A stretch of 64,000 nt of DNA from an uncultured cyanobacterium (GTDB taxonomy: Bacteria; Cyanobacteriota; Cyanobacteriia; PCC-9006; JAAUQQ01): NCBI GenBank assembly GCA_963718615.1, contig OY970368.1, forward strand, positions 2,144,001-2,208,000. The letters run 5' to 3'. Positions 44,281 to 54,545 of this stretch are shown here, one piece after another; position 1 is the first letter of the stretch, and each line of letters starts with the position of its first letter. Position numbers and translations under genes: made by a program. A model generated the notes under the pieces. The model searched no databases. It saw only the letters and a list, made by a program, of their open reading frames with translations, and was not told where the DNA came from.

Positions 44281-46071
44281 ATGGCTGCAGGGAATCCATT
44301 TGCTCAAGCGTTTCTGAAACAGCAGGAAAAACTCGCAAAGATTGGTTTAACGGTGGAGTCACTGGAGGATGTCGATCGCTGGAAGACGGATGAAAAACGG
44401 GTGCCGATGATGTATCGTGCCCAGGTGCAGGGGCGTTGCTCGTTGCATAACGCAAAACGGGATAATTCCGATCTGAATGACTGGACGGAGGAGTGGACAT
44501 ATCCTCAGAAGAATGGGGAGGCACGATATCAGCGATCGCAACCGAAGTTAGGCCAGGATGGAGATGTCTATCGAGTGGTGGTGGAGTTTCCGTTTCGGCT
44601 CTTTAGCAATGGCGGGCAGGACAGCATTATGCGTCCGATGCTGGGGAAGGATGGAATCCCTGTTTTGCCAGGGAGTAGTGTGAAGGGCTTGTTTTTGCGG
44701 GCTTGTACTCACGACCAGGCAAAACGCTACTGTGGCCGCGAGCTGCGTGAACAGGGGAAACTTCAGCATTTGCCGGGGGAGATGCCGTTGCGGTTTTTAG
44801 CGGCTTATCCGGTGGGAAATTGGGCCGATCGCGTGGTGGATTTGGTGCATCCCCAGGGGAATCGGCAGATTGGTACTGGACACAAAGAGGAGCGATCGAC
44901 GGCTTCGGCGCTGATTAGCTTGCATCAGCCGACGATGGTGTTTGAGTTTAGCTGCGCGGATGCGGCGGTGCAGTGGCGGGAAGTTGAACTGATTTTGCTA
45001 AAGGCGCTCCAGTTGGGTGTTGGGGGCAAGACGAGTAGTGGCTATGGTCTCGGTGGAAATTTTTCAGGAAAGCCACTGATTACGCCAAGCAGTTCGGTGA
45101 GTGTGTTGCTCAAGGGGGAAGGGGTGAGTTCGGTGTTACGAGATGGCGCTACGCCGGAGTTTCGGACGAATTTGTTTAAGGCAGGGCTGAAAGGGCATTT
45201 GCGGCGGTTATTGGGTGGGGTGCATGCTGACCGGGCCAATGAGGTCGCCGATCGCTGGTTTGGCAATACGAAGGCTCCGGCGGCGGTGCACTTGTTGTGG
45301 CAGCATCGGCAGCCGGTGAAGTTTGCGGATGTGGGGTTGAAGGATCGCAATCCGACGTATCGAGTCGATGGAATGCTGTATGCGGATATTCAGAAGCAGC
45401 GATCGAGCGAGACGCTGACGGAGGCCGTGGCACAGCAGCGGTATAGAAAAGATGTGGCGCTATTGACTCAGGTGATCACGTTTGGGTATGTGATGGGGGG
45501 ATTTGGCAAGTCTTGGCGGCGGGTTTGGCATGGGTTATTTTTGCCGGATTATCATGAGAAGAAGTTTGCGATCGGCTGTCATTGGGTGTCGTCGGATTTG
45601 GATGAGATTCAGACGATAAAGCAGTTGCAGGATTTTCTTGATCGTTTGCGGCTTCAATGTTGTGCTTATTTGAATGTAACGGAACAAAATGCTAAATCGG
45701 CGAGTTGGCGGGAGGCGTGGGATTCAAAGCGGGTGGCGGTGTTTTGTCGGGTGGGGATGAAGTCGGAGGCGGTGGGGTTGTTTCATGGTGATGTGTTTAA
45801 GACAACTCCGGCGATCGGGGGGCGCAGGCCGGGTGAGGATCGGCCAACGGGGGTTAGTTCGGTGTGGCATCGGATGTTGCCGTTGAAGAATGGGACGGAG
45901 TTTTTGGAGATTGTAACGGTGTTTCATGGCGATCGCGTTCCCTGGCAACGGGGCAAGGCAGATCAGCTTTTTCCGTTTATTGAGGCGTTGAAAGAGCGGG
46001 GATTGAAGTTGGCTTGGGGGACGATGCCTAAGTTAGGTGTTCCGAAAAAACGTGTAATTATGCGGAGGTAG
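44281..46071 (+). CDS. Cmr6-Cmr1 RAMP fusion (type III-B variant)
   Basis: Two RAMP units: LPGSSVKG...GVGGKTSSGYG and FKAGLKG...GGFGKSWRR. Confidence 0.8.
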   Translation: MAAGNPFAQAFLKQQEKLAKIGLTVESLEDVDRWKTDEKRVPMMYRAQVQGRCSLHNAKRDNSDLNDWTEEWTYPQKNGEARYQRSQPKLGQDGDVYRVVVEFPFRLFSNGGQDSIMRPMLGKDGIPVLPGSSVKGLFLRACTHDQAKRYCGRELREQGKLQHLPGEMPLRFLAAYPVGNWADRVVDLVHPQGNRQIGTGHKEERSTASALISLHQPTMVFEFSCADAAVQWREVELILLKALQLGVGGKTSSGYGLGGNFSGKPLITPSSSVSVLLKGEGVSSVLRDGATPEFRTNLFKAGLKGHLRRLLGGVHADRANEVADRWFGNTKAPAAVHLLWQHRQPVKFADVGLKDRNPTYRVDGMLYADIQKQRSSETLTEAVAQQRYRKDVALLTQVITFGYVMGGFGKSWRRVWHGLFLPDYHEKKFAIGCHWVSSDLDEIQTIKQLQDFLDRLRLQCCAYLNVTEQNAKSASWREAWDSKRVAVFCRVGMKSEAVGLFHGDVFKTTPAIGGRRPGEDRPTGVSSVWHRMLPLKNGTEFLEIVTVFHGDRVPWQRGKADQLFPFIEALKERGLKLAWGTMPKLGVPKKRVIMRR

Positions 46072-46299
46072 TTCGATGGCTGACTGGTGAGTGGGCTTTG
46101 GGGCGATGTTTGATTTTTTTGCGAGGCTGGGGGTGGATTGGCTGAAAGGCTGATTGTTGTGTTGGGAGCCTCGATGCTTTGTGGGGTATGGGGTTGGAGC
46201 TGTTTTTATGGAGCGGGATGGGTTAGAATGATGGAGAATTCCGGCAGGCTCGCAGATGGGGGGTGTAATGCTTTCCCTGTGGGGGCTCTGGCGGGAGGG
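46072..46299 (+). promoter_or_regulatory. CRISPR leader
   Basis: Non-coding segment between the last cas gene and the first repeat, with GCGAG...CTCGC motifs typical of cyanobacterial leaders. Confidence 0.7.
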
Positions 46300-49200
46300 G
46301 TCTACCGATCGCTTTGAATCGGATTAGTTGGAAACTCATTATATGTATCCTCAGAAGTCTATAATTTGCTAGTCTACCGATCGCTTTGAATCGGATTAGT
46401 TGGAAACCGTTCTGAGGGTCTTCGTACCATTCGCTATCTGTCGCGATGAGTCTACCGATCGCTTTGAATCGGATTAGTTGGAAACTTTACGACGTTCATT
46501 CGCCTGTAGAGCCAACCTATGGTCTACCGATCGCTTTGAATCGGATTAGTTGGAAACGTGTAGCCTGTGTTGCTAACGGTGTACTCAATTCCCAAGTTGT
46601 CTACCGATCGCTTTGAATCGGATTAGTTGGAAACACAGTCCTATTGTCTTGTCTTCTATGCGTAACATGTGTCTACCGATCGCTTTGAATCGGATTAGTT
46701 GGAAACACGCCAAGGGCCTCGTTAAACAGAAATATCCCCGGTCTACCGATCGCTTTGAATCGGATTAGTTGGAAACTCCGCAGAAAGTTCGAACCAGTAC
46801 ACGTTCTTACCTTGCTGTCTACCGATCGCTTTGAATCGGATTAGTTGGAAACAGGTCTAGATCTTCGAACGTGGCGGGTTCTTCAAGGTCTACCGATCGC
46901 TTTGAATCGGATTAGTTGGAAACACCGTGGAAATTTCCTGGCTTAGGGAATAGTCGCGTCTACCGATCGCTTTGAATCGGATTAGTTGGAAACGGGAATA
47001 TCTTATCAAGGTAGAAAATTTAGCTGTATCAAGTAGGTCTACCGATCGCTTTGAATCGGATTAGTTGGAAACTCCAGTTATTGCTGGATATAGGTTTTCA
47101 GGATTAGGGTCGTCTACCGATCGCTTTGAATCGGATTAGTTGGAAACGGGTTCGTGTGCTAGATACTGTGGTCTGAGGGTGGGGTCTACCGATCGCTTTG
47201 AATCGGATTAGTTGGAAACTTGGTTTCTAGGTACTCAGTGCGTGTCATGGTTCTTAGGGTCTACCGATCGCTTTGAATCGGATTAGTTGGAAACCTCGCA
47301 TAGGGCTGGATTGACCGCGTGATCATATCCAAAAACGTCTACCGATCGCTTTGAATCGGATTAGTTGGAAACCTCGGATCTTGTCTCCCCCGTAGGCCCA
47401 GTCCCAAAGCGTCTACCGATCGCTTTGAATCGGATTAGTTGGAAACATAGGTCTAGGCACGTTCTTTATGAGGTCTTTAGATACGTCTACCGATCGCTTT
47501 GAATCGGATTAGTTGGAAACAGTAGCTGTTCTTGTACACTTAGTACATTTTTAGCTGCTGGTCTACCGATCGCTTTGAATCGGATTAGTTGGAAACGTAA
47601 CCATTAGTGAGCGGATTTCGTTCAATAACTACTGTCTACCGATCGCTTTGAATCGGATTAGTTGGAAACTGCTAAATTAGTAGACGGTGTAAGTTCTTTA
47701 TCTTATAGTGTCTACCGATCGCTTTGAATCGGATTAGTTGGAAACTGGGCAAGGGTTGCTGTCTGGTAGTTACAGAAGGATGCTAGTCTACCGATCGCTT
47801 TGAATCGGATTAGTTGGAAACATCTGCATCTCTACGTATGGAGGTTTCATCATACCAAGGTCTACCGATCGCTTTGAATCGGATTAGTTGGAAACCAAAG
47901 CTTTGTTGATGCTTTGGTTTTTGCCCTGGCCAAGTCGAGTCTACCGATCGCTTTGAATCGGATTAGTTGGAAACTATTGACATACCAACTGCGCGTCATA
48001 TCTCTTTCCACGGTCTACCGATCGCTTTGAATCGGATTAGTTGGAAACGTAGCTGTAGAGACTGTTCTTGCCCGAGCGCTGGGTGAAGGTCTACCGATCG
48101 CTTTGAATCGGATTAGTTGGAAACTACCACGTTTACCGCTTATTGGCTAAAGCCCATTAGTAAGTCTACCGATCGCTTTGAATCGGATTAGTTGGAAACT
48201 GTCTTGGTGCCGCGCTTGGCATCTAAGATCCGGGTAAGTCTACCGATCGCTTTGAATCGGATTAGTTGGAAACTGTAGTACAAGGTCTCTGCTATCTCCC
48301 CTTTCGCTACGTCTACCGATCGCTTTGAATCGGATTAGTTGGAAACCTGGGGGGTTCCGATCTTGGGCTGGAACACTTCAGCAAGGTCTACCGATCGCTT
48401 TGAATCGGATTAGTTGGAAACCAGCCAAACATCAATTTCTCGGTAACCGAGCCGCTCTGGTCTACCGATCGCTTTGAATCGGATTAGTTGGAAACCAAAG
48501 GCGAAGAATAACATACTGACGGATAAACTCCTCGTCTACCGATCGCTTTGAATCGGATTAGTTGGAAACGGGGCGCTGGCTTCGCACCGGGTTGTTTCTC
48601 CCTGGTAGAGTCTACCGATCGCTTTGAATCGGATTAGTTGGAAACGTGTGGTTGTTGGCGGCGGAGAACTTACGTACTTCGTCCTTCCAGTCTACCGATC
48701 GCTTTGAATCGGATTAGTTGGAAACCAGATCGGGAAGGTTAAACGTCGTCGACCCGTTGCCCGGTCTACCGATCGCTTTGAATCGGATTAGTTGGAAACG
48801 CATTGAACACCCATCTAAGATCTTGCTCAAAGGACTCGGGTCTACCGATCGCTTTGAATCGGATTAGTTGGAAACTCAGCTTCTCTGCACCAAAGGCCAG
48901 AGCTTTACCAAGTCTACCGATCGCTTTGAATCGGATTAGTTGGAAACGCTTAGTACGTGACCGCGTTCATCTCCGAAATCTTAAGTCTACCGATCGCTTT
49001 GAATCGGATTAGTTGGAAACGTGTGGTTGTTGGCGGCGGAGAACTTACGTACTTCGTCCTTCCAGTCTACCGATCGCTTTGAATCGGATTAGTTGGAAAC
49101 CAGATCGGGAAGGTTAAACGTCGTCGACCCGTTGCCCGGTCTACCGATCGCTTTGAATCGGATTAGTTGGAAACTGGATGGTCTTGTTGAGGTTGCTCAG

Positions 49201-50245
49201 TTGGACCCGTCGGGTCTACCGATCGCTTTGAATCGGATTAGTTGGAAACCTGGCGTTCTTGACCCTACTGAGGGACGGCTCGTTGTGTCTACCGATCGCT
49301 TTGAATCGGATTAGTTGGAAACCAGCAAGGATCCCCGAAGCAGGCAACCCAGCAGCGGTGATCGAGTCTACCGATCGCTTTGAATCGGATTAGTTGGAAA
49401 CGACGCGATTCCCGTCGAGCGTTAGCCCCGTTAGCCCGTCTACCGATCGCTTTGAATCGGATTAGTTGGAAACGTGATTATTCTCGACGACGGCAATCGC
49501 ATCACCACGGGTCTACCGATCGCTTTGAATCGGATTAGTTGGAAACCTAACAAGCGGAATATCATTGAAATGAGGTTCTTGGCTAGGTCTACCGATCGCT
49601 TTGAATCGGATTAGTTGGAAACTGGCGCACCTCAATGCCGACCTTTGCCCAGTTGTTGCCGTCTACCGATCGCTTTGAATCGGATTAGTTGGAAACGGTT
49701 TCGGTGATTGTTGCGGGGTTGGTAGTCATTAGGGGTCTACCGATCGCTTTGAATCGGATTAGTTGGAAACCTGAACAGGACGCAAGTTCCCAGGTTCGTC
49801 GATACCGGCGAGTCTACCGATCGCTTTGAATCGGATTAGTTGGAAACTCGGCGATCGTGCGTTCTAGGGCAAGCTCTTGGTTCAGTCTACCGATCGCTTT
49901 GAATCGGATTAGTTGGAAACAGGATTGTGCTGGATCTGAGGGCTTGGTTAAGGAGAGGTCTACCGATCGCTTTGAATCGGATTAGTTGGAAACGGGAAAT
50001 CTTCGGCACTACATGCAGTAACGTCTACCGATCGCTTTGAATCGAATTAGTTGGAAATTATTTGTAGGTACTCACATTTGGGCGTTGCTGAATCGAGGGA
50101 TGTATGGATTTGCCACGATCGCCAACGTAGGTACATGGCATTGCCATGTACCTACCCAATTTATGCCTAAAATCAGCAATGCCCACATTTGCTCATGGTA
50201 GTTCTTGTAGTCTACCGATCGCTTTGAATCGGATTAGTTGGAAAC
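46300..50245 (+). CRISPR. CRISPR array, 52 repeats of 36 nt (GTCTACCGATCGCTTTGAATCGGATTAGTTGGAAAC), 51 spacers
   Basis: Counted by eye. Spacers mostly 34-44 nt. Repeat 51 (50023-50058) has 2 mismatches; spacer 50 is 29 nt; last spacer carries a MITE. Confidence 0.98.
50081..50183. mobile_element. 103-bp MITE inserted in the terminal CRISPR spacer
   Basis: TIRs GGCGTTGCTGA / TCAGCAATGCC, 8-bp TSD CACATTTG on both sides, internal 29-bp GTAG palindrome at 50127-50155. Confidence 0.85.
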
Positions 50246-50479
50246 ATCTTTGAAACCATACAATCCGCCGAAGCCATAATGGCAGTAACACACCCAAAAC
50301 AAACCCATGACCACTCAGAAAATCGCAGCCTATCAGCAACATCGAGATTTTGGCCAAATTACAACGCTCCAAAGTGAAGATTGGCTGGACGGGACGTGAT
50401 GACACCCAATCTGGCTTAACCCACAGCATCTTTTATACAGTTAGCGCAAGATACAGACAAAAACCGCTTAGTCCTCCCC

Positions 50480-50540
50480 AAGTTTATAAAATTCATAAAC
50501 TTTCAGTAAACAATAGATGCAAAGTGTAGATTGCATTTAT
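50480..50540. promoter_or_regulatory. Two operator-like palindromes upstream of the 50606 gene
   Basis: AAGTTTAT-N7-ATAAACTT (50480-50502) and ATAGATGCAA-N8-TTGCATTTAT (50513-50540). Confidence 0.4.
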
Positions 50541-50605
50541 AGTTGAGTGATAGGCCTCCCTAAGCCTCGCTCACCCCCGCCATTCAGTCTTCCAAAGCAA
50601 AAGCC

Positions 50606-50944
50606 ATGCTCACCCCGCGTTCCTCTCCAGCGCAAAAAATCGGTCCCCTCTATCGCCATGGGGATGTTTTACTCCGACAGATCGATCGCCTCCCCGTCCA
50701 AGCACAACGCCGCGACGGTGTAACCCTCGCCCACGGCGAAGTCACCGGCCATAGCCATCGCATCGCAGATCCCAGCACGGTTCAGCTTTGGGCACAGGGC
50801 AGCACCCTGTTTTTAGAGGTCATGGCTTCGACGGCTGCTTTAGTCCATGAAGAGCATCGACGCATCGACCTGCCCCAGGGCTTTTACCAAGTGTGGAAAC
50901 AGCGAGAGTACCGGCCCGATGCCTATATTGACGTTGCTGATTGA
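50606..50944 (+). CDS. Small His-rich putative metal-binding protein (partner of DUF6745)
   Basis: YRHGDV, LAHGEVTGHSH, HEEH, G.YQV..QREY. Confidence 0.75.
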   Translation: MLTPRSSPAQKIGPLYRHGDVLLRQIDRLPVQAQRRDGVTLAHGEVTGHSHRIADPSTVQLWAQGSTLFLEVMASTAALVHEEHRRIDLPQGFYQVWKQREYRPDAYIDVAD

Positions 50945-51372
50945 GGAGTAAGGGGATGCGTAGTCTCATGGCCAACGGGCGGGTGCCCAAGCGATCCAAT
51001 CAGGTCTCCCCCCCCAGCCGTCCCACGGGCCAATTTCCCACAGGCCAATTTCCTACAGGCCAAGACATCCTCAACACCGAGAATGTCGAAACCCGACGAC
51101 GCTTGATCGAGCAACTGGGCTACGATCGCTTCTTACAACAGGTAGGAGGCGTAATTCGCGATCGCGACACCGACCCAGGTGGAGAGCGCCAACTGATCGC
51201 CATCGCCCTTGAAGACGACGAACCCCTCATGCTGCTCAAGGTCATTTGTCCCTCCACCGCGCACCTCCATGTCCTGCGCGTTCCGCCCTACCTGCGCAGT
51301 TGCCGTGAAGCTGCCGCCTGGATTGCGGGATTTGACAACCCAGACGACTATTTGCCTGTGATTGAGGCTTAA
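50941..51372 (+). CDS. DUF6745 domain protein
   Basis: NVETRR..IE.LGY.RF, KVICPST, LRVPP, EAAAW; start could be 50956 or 50968. Confidence 0.72.
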   Translation: MRSKGMRSLMANGRVPKRSNQVSPPSRPTGQFPTGQFPTGQDILNTENVETRRRLIEQLGYDRFLQQVGGVIRDRDTDPGGERQLIAIALEDDEPLMLLKVICPSTAHLHVLRVPPYLRSCREAAAWIAGFDNPDDYLPVIEA

Positions 51373-51399
51373 GGTTAGGGTGAGAGCCGGGGTTAGGGT

Positions 51400-53247
51400 T
51401 TAGGAGGCGATCGCCTGCTGCACAAACCGCTTAATTTGCCCACAGGCAATATAGGACTTCCCATCCGGTGCGGTCTTAATTTCATCGACAACATACAACA
51501 TGCCCTCTTCTCGAACCGAGCGGGGAAAGCGCATATTCCAATCCGGTTCGTAGCCATCGGAGACCACTCTGGCCCGCAGTTTGCTGCCATCCTTCACGCA
51601 CTGGACCAAGACACCATCCCCAAGGGTATCGGTTGTGGGTAGGTCGGCAGCGCTGGCGGGGCCTTTAGCGGCTTTACCGCTGCTGGTGGGGCGCGATCGC
51701 CGATTCGTCGCAAAGAAATCCACTTCCCCCGGTTTGACCAAGCGGGTAATCTGACCCGTGACCCGGTAAAAACTGCCATTGCTAGACAGCTCTAAACCTT
51801 CGACGCTATAGCGCACGCCCTCAGCCCGCAGGGCACGGGGAAATTGCACGTTCTTGGTGGCATCGTAGCCATCGGAGAGCACTTTGATCCGAAGTTTTCC
51901 TCCTTCTCGAACACATTGAAGCTCGACGCCGGAACCCACTTCCTGGGCGGTCTGCATGGCTGCTACTTCGTCCCCAGCCGTCACCCCCCGTCCTGCCAGA
52001 TCGCTACGATTACGGTTAAGGCTTTGGTAACTCTGATCGCGCAGTTCCTTACGGCCCGCATTGCCCAGGGCGCGTTGGGCGATGCGACCAGCAAAATATT
52101 CAAGTTGCTCAATTTCTTCGGCAATTTCAAAGATTTCCTGTAGACCCTGGGTTTGCAAGTCTTGAACCAAACTGCGCAGAATCTGCTCAGCCTCAGTCGG
52201 TTGACCGCGCTCGGCTAGAGCTAGGGCGGTTTCCTTCGCCTTGGCAATGGTTAGGTGGCTGATTTCCAACAGAACTGCACTGGAGGCAGAACTGGCGGAG
52301 GCTTCGAGGGTGCCGATGGTGGCAATAATATCTTGCGTGCCTGAAACGGTTTCGATCGCCCCGTTCTTGACCACATCCGCCTGGTAATGGACTTTCATGA
52401 TCGGCTGTTGACCCAAGGGCGCATTGGCGATCGCCAAACTCAATCCCAGCAGCTTATCTTCCCCTTCATAGAGATCCCCTAGGGTAATTAAAGTTGCTCC
52501 AGCATCCGTCTGGCTCACCTGGGCCAAGCTCAAGGTCTCCAAAAGCGTCACACCTGCGGCCAATTCCAGCGTCACCGTCAGATTTTGTCCGGCAACGGCC
52601 CGCAGACTGTCGAGCTCGATGCCAAAAACTTCGCTAGCCTCATCAATGCTCTGAATAAAGTAGAAATTCCCCTGGGCGGCTCGGGCCATGCCAATCAGCA
52701 AATCTTCGTTAAATCCCTGGGCAAACCCAAGGGTTGTCGTGGTAATGCCTTCTTCTGCCTTTTGTCCCGAGGTTTGAGTGAGGACAGCAGGGTCATGAAT
52801 TCCCACGTTGGCATGGCCGTCGGTGAGCAGGAGCACCCGATTAATCCGCTGGGAATCGAGATGATGTTTGACGTACTCGCAGCCCTTGAGCCAGCCCCCG
52901 GAAAGGTTGGTCAGTCCTCCAACATGGACGCGGCGAATGGCGGTTTTGAGCGCGGTTTTGTCCGCAACAGATTGGGGCGGAATGACTGTATCCACATGGT
53001 CGTCGTAGACCACGATCGACAGCGTATCGTTGGCTTCAAGCTGATCCACCACGGATTCTGCCGCTTGGAGAGCATGGTGCAGCGGAGCACCGGCCATGGA
53101 GCCGGAGCGATCGATCACCAAGGAAAGATTCAGATCCCGACGGGGCAGCTCGGGCACATCTGGCCGAAAGCGCAGGAGGAGATTGGTTTTTAAATTTGTT
53201 CCGGTGGGAAGGATTGCCAAATCAAAGTCAAAGCCTGCCTGGATCAT
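51400..53247 (-). CDS. VWA domain protein with two tandem C-terminal beta-rich repeats
   Basis: DRSGSM MIDAS, LLTDG; repeats QCVREGGKLRIKVLSDGY..NVQFPR and QCVKDGSKLRARVVSDGY..NMRFPR. Confidence 0.85.
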   Translation of the reverse strand: MIQAGFDFDLAILPTGTNLKTNLLLRFRPDVPELPRRDLNLSLVIDRSGSMAGAPLHHALQAAESVVDQLEANDTLSIVVYDDHVDTVIPPQSVADKTALKTAIRRVHVGGLTNLSGGWLKGCEYVKHHLDSQRINRVLLLTDGHANVGIHDPAVLTQTSGQKAEEGITTTTLGFAQGFNEDLLIGMARAAQGNFYFIQSIDEASEVFGIELDSLRAVAGQNLTVTLELAAGVTLLETLSLAQVSQTDAGATLITLGDLYEGEDKLLGLSLAIANAPLGQQPIMKVHYQADVVKNGAIETVSGTQDIIATIGTLEASASSASSAVLLEISHLTIAKAKETALALAERGQPTEAEQILRSLVQDLQTQGLQEIFEIAEEIEQLEYFAGRIAQRALGNAGRKELRDQSYQSLNRNRSDLAGRGVTAGDEVAAMQTAQEVGSGVELQCVREGGKLRIKVLSDGYDATKNVQFPRALRAEGVRYSVEGLELSSNGSFYRVTGQITRLVKPGEVDFFATNRRSRPTSSGKAAKGPASAADLPTTDTLGDGVLVQCVKDGSKLRARVVSDGYEPDWNMRFPRSVREEGMLYVVDEIKTAPDGKSYIACGQIKRFVQQAIAS

Positions 53248-53651
53248 GATAATGGCCCGTGCGACGGAATCACAGGTGAGAATCTACAGATTTAGAATGC
53301 CCGCGCGATCGCCAGGGACAACTCCAGCAGGTTGACGACAGGGCTGAGATACGCTGACCTCACCCGAGCTGACCTCACCGACGAAACACCCGTCTTTTTC
53401 CGACGGACAGAGCCCCATCCTTTGCTTAGGCTAGAAAGCATCGCAACCTCAAAATTATGATTTTGTCGCTTTGCGTGGCAGATGCTCCTGGAACTGGGAA
53501 GTCTGAAGGGTACAGAGGCAAGATCCAAGGCCTAACGCTGGCTCACCTCTGGAGTCAGACCGGTCAGTCAAACAGGCAATCTTCTGCCCCCTTGTCCTTA
53601 CCCGTTTGCGCTGTTCTGATTGCCGATTTTCTACCCGCCGGACCTCGCGCT

Positions 53652-54446
53652 ATGTTTTCTCAATCTTTATCAACCCCTCAAGCCTTTCAACTGCTTCCCC
53701 AGAGTCTCGATCCGCAGCGGTTGCCTCAGCATGTTGCGGTCATCATGGATGGCAATGGCCGCTGGGCCAAACAGCGGGGCATGCCCCGGATTGCAGGCCA
53801 TCGCCAAGGGGCCAAGGTACTGAAGGATTTAGTCCGCTGCTGCAAGGATTGGGGCGTTCCAGCGCTCACGGCCTATGCCTTTTCCACCGAAAACTGGCGG
53901 CGGCCCACGGAAGAAGTGGATTTCTTAATGGCGTTGTTTGAACGGCTCCTGCGCCGAGAGTTATCAGAAATGCATCGCGAGGGCGTGCGGATTTCATTCA
54001 TTGGAGATCTGTCGGCCTTACCGGCTAGTTTGCAGAAAACCATGGACGGAGCCATGGCTCAAACCCAAAACAATCAGGCGGTTCATTTCTCGGTGGCGGT
54101 AAACTATGGCAGCCGCAACGAACTGGTCCACGCTTGCCGCCAAGTTGCGGCCCAGGTGCAGCAGGGATCACTCCAACTGGATGAGATCAGCGATGAATAC
54201 CTAGAACAGCAGTTGTATACCGCTGGAACGCCCAGTCCAGATCTGCTGATTCGCACCAGCGGTGAGCAACGCCTTAGCAATTTCTTGTTGTGGCAACTGG
54301 CCTATACGGAGCTGCACTTTACTGACGTGTTTTGGCCCGATTTTGACCGGGCAGCGTTTGCGAAGGCCTTGGAGACGTTTCAGGTGCGCGATCGCCGCTT
54401 CGGAGGTCTCAAAACAGGGCTCAACGCGCTCTCGCTGACTGCCTAA
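53652..54446 (+). CDS. uppS: Isoprenyl transferase (undecaprenyl diphosphate synthase family)
   Basis: [37 protein letters not shown]. Confidence 0.93.
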   Translation: MFSQSLSTPQAFQLLPQSLDPQRLPQHVAVIMDGNGRWAKQRGMPRIAGHRQGAKVLKDLVRCCKDWGVPALTAYAFSTENWRRPTEEVDFLMALFERLLRRELSEMHREGVRISFIGDLSALPASLQKTMDGAMAQTQNNQAVHFSVAVNYGSRNELVHACRQVAAQVQQGSLQLDEISDEYLEQQLYTAGTPSPDLLIRTSGEQRLSNFLLWQLAYTELHFTDVFWPDFDRAAFAKALETFQVRDRRFGGLKTGLNALSLTA

Positions 54447-54545
54447 AAAGCCCTTGCTTCATGATTCTTTAGATGGCAACAGGCCCGAAATTTTGCATAA
54501 TGCATCCAAGGCTTTTGGGCCTTAGCGCCATCTTTCAAGGACATC

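Noticed and set aside
46300-46335. 7/8 HIP1 match (CGATCGC) inside the CRISPR repeat
   Set aside because: Explained by the CCGAT/ATCGG hairpin stem; no evidence of a separate function
48803-49314. ORFs inside the CRISPR array
   Set aside because: They are translations of repeats (LPIALNRISWK) and spacers, not genes
53480-53570. Cobalamin riboswitch (GGGAAGTC...AGTCAG words)
   Set aside because: Core elements (CCGGTG-AA-TCCG loop, GCAACTGT) are absent, and the downstream gene is unrelated to B12
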